A stretch of 64,000 nt of DNA from an uncultured delta proteobacterium (lineage in GTDB: Bacteria; Myxococcota_A; Polyangia; Polyangiales; Polyangiaceae), in the NCBI GenBank assembly GCA_963841435.1, contig CAWJCS010000003.1, positions 64,001-128,000 on the forward strand, read 5' to 3'. The notes beneath the pieces are model-generated. The model was given only the letters and a program-made list of their open reading frames with translations, did no database searches and was not told the origin of the DNA. The translations under genes were made by a program, and so were the position numbers. Below, piece by piece: positions 54,040 through 63,186 of this stretch; within the stretch, counting starts at the first letter, position 1; every line of letters starts with the position of its first letter.

Positions 54040-55044
54040 ATGGCCTCGAGCGCGAGTGGGACTGATGCACGAGTCCGCGACGCTGTCCGCTGCGAAGCGG
54101 ACGTTTCACGACGTGCGGCAGTTCTTGCACCGCGGCTGCATCGCCCGTGAAGGCTCGAACCTCCGCGGCACGCCAACCCGCGCGGTCGTGAGCGTTCGTG
54201 CCCCACCGAGGCAGTTTTGGCCACCCGAAGCGGCCGAACGACGACGTGCTGTGCCCTTTGCGGCTGAACCCAGCGACTCGAGGGGCGGCTGTCTGCGGAT
54301 CTCGCGACGCTGGCTCTGCCTCCGGCGCGCGCCGAGCGGGTGAAGCTCGTCGCGACGGCCCAGGGCGGAATCGCAGTCTGCCCTCGAGCTCGCGCTCGGG
54401 AATGTCCAGACCGACGCGGACCGGTAGGTGTTCGAGGGCAAGACCGCAAGGTCTGGCCGAGCCAAGTTCGGCGGCTCGAACTGGGCGCTGAACGCGGCGA
54501 GCGACCCGTGGCGGTCGAAGAGCAGGGCGTCGAACCGACTGTCCCCGGTGGTGCCGTCGACCATCGCCACCAGATCGGCGTCGAAACCGTCGATAGACCA
54601 GGGCGCCGTCCGGCGCGCGCTGGCCCTCGTCCCAGCGACCGCTACCGAGCCATGCAGATTCACGAGCTCGGCGCGCGTCGCACCTGGGCGCGGCAGCTCC
54701 ACTTGAAGACCAAATACGAGCAGCGGGGCGGGCAACTTTCCTTTGCAGCGCGTTCGGGCCGTGGCCAAGTGCTCGACCGTCGCAGCACCTGGAGCGGTGA
54801 TCTGCTGGCGCGCCTCCGGGCGCCGCAGTGGCCCGGCTCCGGCGACTTGAACCTGAACGCGGATCTCGAGCTCCAGGGCTTTCCGTCGGGACCAGTACCG
54901 CAGCTGTCCGGAGTTGCAGAAGCGCGCGTGCCCGGCCTCCGCGGGTCGCTGCGAGCCGCGGAGGGGGCGCGTCGGCGCTCGATCTCATCTGGCGGCACCG
55001 CCCCCGGGCGGGCGGCTCGGCGGTGGGCGACCGAGCCCTTCTGA
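54040..55044. pseudogene. Decayed coding fragments on both strands (beta-strand rich, possibly TamB/AsmA-like)
   Basis: Coding-like codons on - at about 54460-54700 (FDADLVAMVDG..FDALLFD) and on + at about 54790-54960 (GDLNLNADLELQG...LSGVAEARVPGL). No coherent full-length ORF. Confidence 0.3.
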
Positions 55045-55113
55045 CATGCTGCGCGAGCGACAGCGAGGCGATTCTGTTGCGTGCTGCGAGGCGCCGGGAC
55101 GGAGCGATCGGGA

Positions 55114-55129
55114 TGGAACGCTCCATGCA
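55114..55129 (+). promoter_or_regulatory. sigma54 promoter
   Basis: TGGAACgctccATGCA. Confidence 0.6.
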
Positions 55130-55143
55130 AGCCGCGAATCGTG

Positions 55144-56220
55144 ATGCGCTCGACCGGCCCCAGCCTGGAAACGGGCTCTCGTCGCAGCGGCGCCGGAGCG
55201 CGGTTTCGGTCGCTGCGCGAGCAGCTCGCTGAGCGGATCGTCGCGCTGCGACGCTGGCTCATGGGCCCGGCACACCAGATGGTGAACGCGACCCTCGACG
55301 AGTTTGCTCGCGATCGCGGGGACCTGGTCGCGGCAGCGCTGGCGTTCTACACACTGCTCTCGCTCGCGCCGCTCGTCATCATTGCAGTCGCGGTCGCAGG
55401 CGCGGTGCTCGGGCGCAGCACCGCGCAAGTCGAGGTGACCCGACTGCTGCGCGCCTCCATGGGCCCGCGCGCGGCGCAAACGGTGCATGACTGGGTGGTC
55501 CAGGCCGGCGAGTCCGGCGCCATCGCCTCGGTGGTGGGCGTCGTGCTGATGCTGTTCACGGCGTCGCGTCTCGGCACTCAGCTCAGGACCGCCCTCAATC
55601 AGATCTGGAACGTCAACGTGGAGTTGGCCGAGGGCTTCAAGGCCGCGGTTGCAGACTACGTTCACCGACGCATTTTCGCGTTCGTGCTCGTCTTCGCCTC
55701 CGGTCCTCTGTTGCTGGTGGTGTTCGCGTCGCGCGCCGCGCTGAGCGCGCTGTCCGCCGTGCTCTTCTCGCGGGCGCCCTTCTTGGGGATGCTCGCGCAG
55801 ACGCTGCAAATCGTGCTGTCCGTGTTGCTGGTGGCCGGGATCACGGGCGTCACCTTTCGCGTCATTCCCGATACGCGCGTCGGCTGGAGCGCGATCTGGC
55901 GCGGGGCGCTGCTCACGTCCGTGGCCTTCAACCTGGGCAACGTCGTGGTCGGCCTGTATCTCGGGCGCGCAGGCGTGGTCGCCATGTACGGAGCCGCCGG
56001 CTCGGCCGTGGTGCTCTTGCTATGGCTCTACTTTTCGGCTCAGATTTTTCTGTACGGGGCCGAGTTCACTCAAGTCTACGACCAGCGCTACGGGCAGGAC
56101 TCCAACAGCGCTCGAGCCCTCGAGCGAGTCGAGCGCGCCGGGGCCGGCGCTGCTTCGCCCTCGAGCACGCGGCGAGGCTCGGGCGAGATTCCTGCGAATC
56201 GGCGTGGAAGTCACTCCTGA
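55144..56220 (+). CDS. YihY/virulence factor BrkB family membrane protein
   Basis: AAALAFYTLLSLAP, L..ALNQIW, YGAAGS.VVLLLWLYFSAQIFLYGAEF. Start uncertain. Confidence 0.92.
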   Translation: MRSTGPSLETGSRRSGAGARFRSLREQLAERIVALRRWLMGPAHQMVNATLDEFARDRGDLVAAALAFYTLLSLAPLVIIAVAVAGAVLGRSTAQVEVTRLLRASMGPRAAQTVHDWVVQAGESGAIASVVGVVLMLFTASRLGTQLRTALNQIWNVNVELAEGFKAAVADYVHRRIFAFVLVFASGPLLLVVFASRAALSALSAVLFSRAPFLGMLAQTLQIVLSVLLVAGITGVTFRVIPDTRVGWSAIWRGALLTSVAFNLGNVVVGLYLGRAGVVAMYGAAGSAVVLLLWLYFSAQIFLYGAEFTQVYDQRYGQDSNSARALERVERAGAGAASPSSTRRGSGEIPANRRGSHS

Positions 56221-56353
56221 CGGCACTCGCACCCTCTTTGGTGCAAGCAACCGCTGGCTCGAACGCACCAGGGCGAGGCTCGAGTGACCGCGTTGGAGGT
56301 TGCTGCGACGGCGTTCGAGGCATGCGGTCGGCGCGGTGGGCCACCAAGGTCTT

Positions 56354-56369
56354 TGGCCCGGAGCTTGCA
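56354..56369 (+). promoter_or_regulatory. sigma54 promoter
   Basis: TGGCCCggagcTTGCA. Confidence 0.75.
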
Positions 56370-56415
56370 ACTCTCGAAGTCGTCCCAACCATCCACCCCA
56401 ACCGGAGGCTCGAAG

Positions 56416-56772
56416 ATGAACACGAAGAAGTTGCTAATGTCACTCGGCGCAACGATCGCGACCAGCCAAATCGCGAAGTCCATTTCCAACGTCACTGCGG
56501 ACGACATGCTCGGCACGGTTGGCCTTGCACGGCGCAGGAGCCACCTGCTCGAAAACATTGGGCTAGTCGCGCTGGGCGCGGCAGCGGGCGCCGGTGTGGC
56601 GTTGCTGCTGGCTCCCGAGAGTGGCACCGAGACGCGTCGCCGCATCGGACGCAAGATGGACGAGCTCGGCGAGAAGGCCAGCGAGGCGGCCCAAAACGTG
56701 AGGCACCAGCTGCCGAACCTCGAGTCAATGCCCTCGACGAGCAACCAAGGGAACACCCACATTCACGGGTGA
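56416..56772 (+). CDS. YtxH domain protein
   Basis: LGAAAGAGVALLLAPESGTETR; GGAGG RBS. Confidence 0.88.
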   Translation: MNTKKLLMSLGATIATSQIAKSISNVTADDMLGTVGLARRRSHLLENIGLVALGAAAGAGVALLLAPESGTETRRRIGRKMDELGEKASEAAQNVRHQLPNLESMPSTSNQGNTHIHG

Positions 56773-57266
56773 GGGCGTGGTTGCGAGCGCGCCGTTCGCT
56801 CTCGCTTCCGCGAACACGGATCGACCGTCGAGGCCGACTGGCAGAAGCCATCGCGCGCGACAGCCGCGCTGAAAGTGCTGAAAGAACTTCGCGCGTGGTC
56901 CTTCGCCGCGCGGTTTCCCGTGCGCAGGCCTCGCTCGGTCGTGTTGGCGACAGCCACTCATCGCGTGCAACACGAACAGCGCCAGAGCGATCCAGCCTTG
57001 CGGCAGTCTCTGCCACGGCCCCAGGCCGAGGTGCACGCTCGCCCCCGGCCACAATGTGAGATCCGCCGATCAGGCTCGACTGCAGCGGCGCCAGTGAGGC
57101 ATACCGAAAACGCCACGCTGCGGTGCGGGGTCAATAGCAGTGAGGCGCGCTGCAACGAAGGGGCAACCGCCCTCCACTCATTTGCGGCGATAGTTGCCGA
57201 TGTAGCAAGTGCGAAATCTGATCCTTTTCGAGGTGGATCGAGAGTTGCAGCGTGCGTGGCGTTAAC

Positions 57267-58776
57267 ATGTCTTACATGCAAGCCCACTGGCCGAGTGATG
57301 ATGTCATTGGAGGACGCACGCGCGGGGACCTGCTCGGCGGAAAGTACGAGCTCATCGAGGTGCTCGGCGTGGGCGCAACGAGCGTGGTTTGGACGGCGCG
57401 CGATCGGGTGCTCGACGTGCTGGTCGCGGTCAAGCTCCTGGAGCACCCTGGCGACGAACGCGAGGAACTCGTGCGGCTCGCCCTGGGCGAGGCGCGCATC
57501 GCGGCGCGGCTGTCCGATCCAGCAATCTGTCGGGTCATCGAGTTCCGCACGACCGAGCTCGGTGATCCCTTCGTGGTGAGTGAGCTCTTGCACGGCGAGA
57601 CCGTGGAAGCGCTGCTCGAACGCGAACACCGACTACCGGCCGTGCGGGCAGTGCGCACGTTTCTGCCGATTCTGGGTGCACTGGAGGTGGCCCACGCGCT
57701 CGGCATCATCCACCGTGACGTCAAACCGTCGAACATCTTCCTGCACGAGCTGTGGGCGGACGGCGCGCAGCCGCGGCTCGTGCAGCCCAAGCTGCTCGAC
57801 TTCGGCATCGCGCGCTCGTTGCTTGAGCCCAAGGCTCCGTCGATCGGGATCTTCGGAACGCCGCACTACATGCCGCCAGAACAAGGATGCGACGGCGAAG
57901 TGGACGAGCGCAGCGACCTGTGGGCTTTCACGGCCAGCTTGTACGAAGCCATCACCGGCGAGGCACCGTTCGACGGCGAGACCGCTGGGGCGGTCCTCAG
58001 GGCCGCGAGCGAGAAGGACGCTCCCCCCTTGCCCTTGGAACATGGAGTCGACCACGAGCTGCGTTCCATCGTGCAGAAAGGGCTCGCGCGCGAGCCCACG
58101 GCCCGCTGGGCGTCGGCGGCCGAGCTCGAACGCGCGCTCACGGAGTGGCTGCTCGCGCACCAGGTCGAAACCGACGTGTCCGGCCGGTCACTGCACACCC
58201 GCCTTCGAGCGCCGACCCCCTCGGAGTTGACGCAGGCGAGTGACCTCGTCGCCGTCGCGGACGGCCGTTCCATCGGAGCCAACCGTACGAGGCTGCCGCG
58301 GAGCCGCTGGGTCGTGGTGCTCGCCGCCGTGCTCACCGCGGCTCTCGCGGCTGCGTTCAGCGGTACCGACGAGAGTCCCTTTTTCGCGCAACGCCTGGGA
58401 CCTACGCCCGCACGTTCACCCCTCTCCCCACCTGTCGTCTCGCCACCGACGGGCGCCGCACGAGCCGCGACTCTCGGCATCGAGGCCGCGGCGACGGCCG
58501 CGACCGCGCCCGCGGCGACGGCCACGATGGAGACTCCGCGGGCGACTGCCGCGCGGATGCTTCCGGCACGTTGACGGACGAAGCCAGCGAGGGAATCGAT
58601 GCCTCACGTGCCCGCGGCTCCCCTTGCGTCCCCCATCACCTCCTCGAGTCACCTCGCGACGACGCCCGCCGAAGTGGGGACGAAGCCGATCTCGCCGTCG
58701 CCATCTCGCACGACGACGAAGCCGCGCGCGACGGCATCCGGGCCGAACGCGCTGGGTTACGACTTTTGGCTTCTGA
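57267..58776 (+). CDS. Membrane Ser/Thr protein kinase; C-terminal tail disrupted near 58550-58600 and 58765
   Basis: VAVKLL, HRDVKPSN, LLDFG, GTPHYMPPEQ, SDLW; TM helix; Pro/Thr tail. Removing one T gives YDFGF-stop at 58776. Confidence 0.85.
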
Positions 58777-58839
58777 GCGGTGCTCGCGGGACCGCCTCGC
58801 AGGCCCAGCAGCACCAACGGCGCACGCTGGGAACGCGTA

Positions 58840-59136
58840 TCAAACGAGCAGGATCACGATGATGACGCCGAGCAGCACGACGATCGCTGCCGTCGCGCTG
58901 ATGACGACGACGTCACCACCACGAAAGTTCGCTGCTTCTTTCGCAATCGCTTCTCGAATCGCATACCGCTCCTCGTCGGACAAGGGTCCGGTCGACGTGC
59001 GTGGGATGCGGATGACGTGAGTCGATCCCCTGGCGGGCGCCCTCTCCACGAGTGACGTGGAGAGTCTCGCTTGCGCCGGTGCGGCAGCAAGGGAGAGCAT
59101 GAGCGAGCCGATCAGCATGACTCCGAGCTTTTTCAT
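58840..59136 (-). CDS. 98-aa exported precursor with double-glycine motif and hydrophobic C-terminal peptide
   Basis: MKKLGVMLIGSLMLSLAAAPAQA signal peptide; YAIREAIAKEAANFRGG/DVVVISATAAIVVLLGVIIVILLV. Confidence 0.8.
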   Translation of the reverse strand: MKKLGVMLIGSLMLSLAAAPAQARLSTSLVERAPARGSTHVIRIPRTSTGPLSDEERYAIREAIAKEAANFRGGDVVVISATAAIVVLLGVIIVILLV

Positions 59137-59149
59137 GCTCCGACTCCAG

Positions 59150-59165
59150 TGCAAGCGACGTGCCG
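59150..59165 (-). promoter_or_regulatory. sigma54 promoter
   Basis: cGGCACgtcgcTTGCA. Confidence 0.8.
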
Positions 59166-59172
59166 CGACCCT

Positions 59173-59844
59173 TCAATCCGGCGCGGCACGCCGGGGGGGC
59201 AGGAAGGCCACAATCGTCACTCCGCGGGTGAGCGCCCATTCCTTGGCGAACCCGGCAAGCTCGTCCAGCTGAAAGCCCTTTCCCGGGTCGAGCAGCAGCA
59301 CGCGCTGGCGTGCGGGCTCGTAGCCCAGCACCAGCTCGTAATGCGCCAGTAGGCGCCCGGAGCCATAGTCCTTGGCGAGGCCGACGATGACGGGACGACC
59401 GCGCCCGAGCTCATAGACGATGTCGCTCATGGTGCCGAAGAACACATAGGAATGCAGGCCCCTGCTGCGCGCATACAGCACCATGTCGCCCGCGCGTAGC
59501 CGCGCGGCGCTTCTGCCGAGTGCCGACTCGATCGCCTGGACGCTTTCCGGCTGGCGCCAGTACTTCAACATGGCCGCGAGTACCGCCGCGCCACAGTCGG
59601 TGCCGTTTTGCTGCCGCACCTCGGGGAACGAACGCACCGCGAGCCATTCGCCATTCTTCACGACGGCCCGCGGGTTGGCTGCGCGTGCGGTGCCCCGGTA
59701 CGATGCGCAACCGCCGGTGAGAATCCCCAAGAGCACCACGACGACGATCGTCCGAAGCGCGCGACGGCGGCGCGCCTCCACGACGCCGAACCCAGTGGAA
59801 GCAGGTGCCACAGCGACCCGAGACGAAAATGGAGCCTGGATCAT
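59173..59844 (-). CDS. Stand-alone C39-family cysteine peptidase lipoprotein
   Basis: LTGGC lipobox; QQNGTDCGAAVLA.ML.YW (Gln, Cys), GRPVIV, AHY (His), LLDP (Asp). Confidence 0.85.
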   Translation of the reverse strand: MIQAPFSSRVAVAPASTGFGVVEARRRRALRTIVVVVLLGILTGGCASYRGTARAANPRAVVKNGEWLAVRSFPEVRQQNGTDCGAAVLAAMLKYWRQPESVQAIESALGRSAARLRAGDMVLYARSRGLHSYVFFGTMSDIVYELGRGRPVIVGLAKDYGSGRLLAHYELVLGYEPARQRVLLLDPGKGFQLDELAGFAKEWALTRGVTIVAFLPPRRAAPD

Positions 59845-59855
59845 GGCGCCCACTC

Positions 59856-59871
59856 CGCAAGAAACGGGCCC
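59856..59871 (-). promoter_or_regulatory. sigma54 promoter
   Basis: gGGCCCgtttcTTGCG. Confidence 0.65.
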
Positions 59872-60007
59872 GCGCGGGGACGCGGTGGGTGCAACGCCAG
59901 CCGCGACCAATCCCGCTTCGCCGTGGGGCAAGGCCGCCACGTCGCGGGTGCGAGACCTCGTCCCATGACCTGATCGAGGGGCAGCGGACGCCGCGCCTTC
60001 CGCGCTT

Positions 60008-60023
60008 CGGCCCGTGCCTTGCT
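60008..60023 (+). promoter_or_regulatory. sigma54 promoter
   Basis: cGGCCCgtgccTTGCT. Confidence 0.65.
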
Positions 60024-60038
60024 TGGTCCAGGTCCGAC

Positions 60039-60140
60039 ATGGACACGCGTCGTGACCTGCACCTGCTCGACATCCTCGCCGACTTCGAAACCGCAATGCT
60101 CGTCACCCGTGAGGTCAACCCCTTCATTCGAGACCTCTGA
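60039..60140 (+). pseudogene. 5' remnant of a general stress protein 26 / pyridoxamine-phosphate-oxidase-like gene
   Basis: MDTRRDLHLLDILADFETAMLVTR resembles the L.....F..AML.T start of that family, but the ORF stops after 33 aa. Confidence 0.5.
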
Positions 60141-60215
60141 GCACGAAACGTCGCCGCCGGCCCCGACACGAGATGGGAATGAGCGCGCTGACGCACGCTC
60201 TCCGCGGCACCGGCG

Positions 60216-61469
60216 TCAAAAGAGCTGCCCGGCGGCGAGATACAAGCCGACCGGGCGCGCATCCGGGGACCACGCTATGTCGCCGCGCAGCACGAAAGAC
60301 TCGCCGCTCGCCCAGCGCACCCCCCCACCGACGCCGTACTTGAGGCCCAGGCCGGTGCCGTCGAGCGTCGGGGCGGGTCGATAGTCGAGCCAGACGCGGC
60401 CGGTATCGAAGAACCCCGTAATACCGAGGACGTTGCCCTTCGAAAATGCGTGAAAGCGCACGAGCTCACTGCGAAGCTCCAGGTTGCCCAAGAGCTTGAT
60501 CTTGCCGTAGTACGCCTGGGCAGGCACGCCGCGCACGCCGTTGCCGCCGCCAATGGCGTAGGTATCGTCGAAGCGGGCAAGCTCGTAGAAGGGCACCTTT
60601 CCGAATAGCGCGTCGGCGACGACCCGTGTCGCGAGGAAGACTTTGGACGCGAGGGGCACGTAGCCGCGAAGCGTAAGGTTCGCGTTGCCATATTCGTAGG
60701 GAAACATCCCCGTTCCGCCCGGCGCCAGAGTCAGGCGGACGCCGTGAAATTGGCCGCGGTGCGTGGAGATCTGGTCGTCACGACTGTCGTAGCTCACCCC
60801 GTACGAGGCCTGGACGACGGCGTGGGGTTCGTCGGTGTGCAGCAGGCGCCGGACGTACGCCGGTCCATTTCGCATGTCCTCGGCCAGCAAGCCGTCTTGT
60901 GGCACGCGCAGCCAATTCTGGGTGTAGGAAAGCCCCCATTCGAGCCGCACGGTGGGGACGACGCGATAGCGAGCGTCAACCCGAAGCGTTGGGTGGGTCC
61001 GGCCGTACTCGTAGCGGGGCAATGTCGGGCTCGTACCGGCCGGCGCGCGCGCCGCATTGCCGAGACCGTAGTATTTGAGATTCTCCTCGCGCGTGAATGA
61101 AATTCGAGTGTCGATCCGAAACCGCTTCGGAATGACGTGGGGCAGCTCGAGCAGGAGGTAGTCGTCGGTGTAGGGAACCTCGAGGTGATCGCCCGCGGGC
61201 TTGAAGGTGACGGAGCCGGCGTTTTCCAGGCGATATAGGAACGGTTCACGGTCGTTCGCCATCTGCGCGTAAGAGGCGACGTAACCGCCGCCGAAGCCAA
61301 CGTCACTGCTTCCGCCAACGACGGGCACGACGATGAGCTCGTGGTCCTTCCCCGACCTGGCCGCTGCCGGGCGCGCGGCAAGCGAACCTGCGAGCACCAT
61401 GGCCTGCACGAAGCCCAGCTGCCCGGCGTTTCTACGAGATCCAGCGAATACGCCGCACACCCCTCTCAC
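60216..61469 (-). CDS. Omp85 (BamA/TamA) family barrel protein without POTRA domains
   Basis: VPVVGGSSDVGFGGG, YYGLGN, YDSRD, GG..GVRG, FFDTGRVW, G.GGGVR, C-terminal GQLF. Start 61469 or 61400. Confidence 0.88.
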   Translation of the reverse strand: MRGVCGVFAGSRRNAGQLGFVQAMVLAGSLAARPAAARSGKDHELIVVPVVGGSSDVGFGGGYVASYAQMANDREPFLYRLENAGSVTFKPAGDHLEVPYTDDYLLLELPHVIPKRFRIDTRISFTREENLKYYGLGNAARAPAGTSPTLPRYEYGRTHPTLRVDARYRVVPTVRLEWGLSYTQNWLRVPQDGLLAEDMRNGPAYVRRLLHTDEPHAVVQASYGVSYDSRDDQISTHRGQFHGVRLTLAPGGTGMFPYEYGNANLTLRGYVPLASKVFLATRVVADALFGKVPFYELARFDDTYAIGGGNGVRGVPAQAYYGKIKLLGNLELRSELVRFHAFSKGNVLGITGFFDTGRVWLDYRPAPTLDGTGLGLKYGVGGGVRWASGESFVLRGDIAWSPDARPVGLYLAAGQLF

Positions 61470-61605
61470 TCCACGGAGTCACTGCCCCGGTAAACGGCGA
61501 GCGCCAGAAGGTTCATGATCGGGAGGACCCGCGCATGACGAGCACCACCGTGCAAATTGGGCGCTCCGCCCGATCGCACGCCGGCGAGCGAACACGAGTA
61601 GCGGG

Positions 61606-61621
61606 TGCAGGGGGCGTGCCA
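61606..61621 (-). promoter_or_regulatory. sigma54 promoter
   Basis: TGGCACgccccCTGCA. Confidence 0.7.
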
Positions 61622-61890
61622 GCTCGCACCCGCACGAAGACTCGCTTCAATGCAAGGAGCGCAAGGTGGCTTGCGCCGTCGAGCGGGGAGCCTCGCCTCA
61701 CCGTCCCAAAAGCGCCATGGCGCACGCCCGCCCCGGGGAACGGGGAGCACGGGTAACGTTCCCGGAGAGCGCCGACGCGAGCCATCATCGCGCCAAGGAA
61801 AATCGCGCTGGGAAAAGCGTAGCGATGCCGCTCGGGGCGATCTGCCTCGCGCGCGCCGAGGCCCCTCTGAACCCCCTGGCACCGCCGCCT

Positions 61891-61906
61891 GGGTATGTGC
61901 CTTGCA
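61891..61906 (+). promoter_or_regulatory. sigma54 promoter
   Basis: gGGTATgtgccTTGCA before GTG 61921/ATG 61924. Confidence 0.55.
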
Positions 61907-61923
61907 GCGTTGAACGCGACGTG

Positions 61924-63186
61924 ATGCACGCTCCGCACGAGATTGCCTGCTGCCACGACTGCGGGCTCTTCCAACGGCTTCCCACCGATCCCGGCGAGGG
62001 GGCGATCGTGTGTGCGCGCTGCGAGGGGACGCTGAGCCGCTCGCCGGCAGGCGGCGTGGTCTTGCCAGTGCTCGCCGCCTACGCCGGGCTCGCGCTGCTC
62101 GGGCTCGCGCTCCTCTTCCCCTTTGCGGAGGTCTCGCTGTCGGGAGGACGCTTTGCGTCAACCACGCTCGCCGCCGCGCCGGAGAGCCTGGCTCACGACG
62201 GGTATTGGGGACTATCTGCCGCCGTGTGGACGACCCTCATCGTGCTGCCGGCGCTGCGACTCGGGACGGTGGCGGCGTTCGGCGCGGCGCTGGCCATCGG
62301 TCGGGTGCCGGGCTGGCTCCGGCTGGCCCTTCGGGCGACGACGAAGCTCGTCACCTGGGCCATGCTGGAAGTTTTTCTGGTGGCAGCCGCGATCGCGCTG
62401 TTTCGACTCCGAGTCTGGATGCACGTGGAGCTCGGGCGGGCCGCGATCGCGCTCGCGGGCGCGGCGGCCTGTTCCCTCCTGCTGAATGCGACGTTCGAGC
62501 GTCACGCGTTCTGGCGTCGCGTGGCGCCGCGTCCGACCGGCGAAAACGAGGCGACGGCGCTGCCGGTGGCGTGTACGGAGTGCGATCAAATCGCGCACGC
62601 GCCGGACGGTGTGCCCTGCCCGCGCTGCGGAGCCCGGCTTCACCGCAGAAACGCGCTGAGCGCGCAACGAGCGTGGGGCTTCCTCATCGCGGCGACGTTG
62701 CTCGCCGTGCCCGCGAACCTCATGCCGGTGCTCACGATCACGAAGCTCGGCCGAGGGGGACCCAAAACCATTCTCGGCGGCGTCGCCGAGCTCGCTGACC
62801 GGGGGTTGATGCCGCTCGCCGTGATCGTCTTCGTGGCGAGCATCCTCGTGCCGCTCCTGAAGCTCGGAACGCTCGGGGCGCTGCTGGTCACGACGCACCT
62901 CGAGTCCGGGGCGCGCCTGGCGCTCCGCACCAAGTTCTACCGCGCAACCTGGCTCATCGGCCGCTGGTCGATGATCGACATCTTCGCAACCATGACGCTG
63001 GTCGCGCTCGCGCGCTTCGGCTGGCTCGGCAACGTGCAACCCGAAGCGGGCGCGACCGCCTTCTGCGGCGTGGTGGTCTTCACCATGCTCGCCTCCGAAT
63101 CGTTCGACCCTCGCTCGATGTGGGACGCCGCCGGGCTCAACCCAGCGGTTGGGCTGCAGGACGGCGCCACGGGGGTGTCCTCGTGA
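61924..63186 (+). CDS. pqiA: Paraquat-inducible protein A (two PqiA domains)
   Basis: CHDCG..CARC, WAMLEVF, CTEC..CPRCG, PANLMP, FVASILVP..K, IGRWSMIDIF, FDPR..W. Confidence 0.92.
   Translation: MHAPHEIACCHDCGLFQRLPTDPGEGAIVCARCEGTLSRSPAGGVVLPVLAAYAGLALLGLALLFPFAEVSLSGGRFASTTLAAAPESLAHDGYWGLSAAVWTTLIVLPALRLGTVAAFGAALAIGRVPGWLRLALRATTKLVTWAMLEVFLVAAAIALFRLRVWMHVELGRAAIALAGAAACSLLLNATFERHAFWRRVAPRPTGENEATALPVACTECDQIAHAPDGVPCPRCGARLHRRNALSAQRAWGFLIAATLLAVPANLMPVLTITKLGRGGPKTILGGVAELADRGLMPLAVIVFVASILVPLLKLGTLGALLVTTHLESGARLALRTKFYRATWLIGRWSMIDIFATMTLVALARFGWLGNVQPEAGATAFCGVVVFTMLASESFDPRSMWDAAGLNPAVGLQDGATGVSS

Noticed and set aside
56780-57260. Gene or RNA in the roughly 480-bp gap before the kinase
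   Set aside because: ORFs lack coding-like composition or motifs, and I see no recognisable RNA structure.
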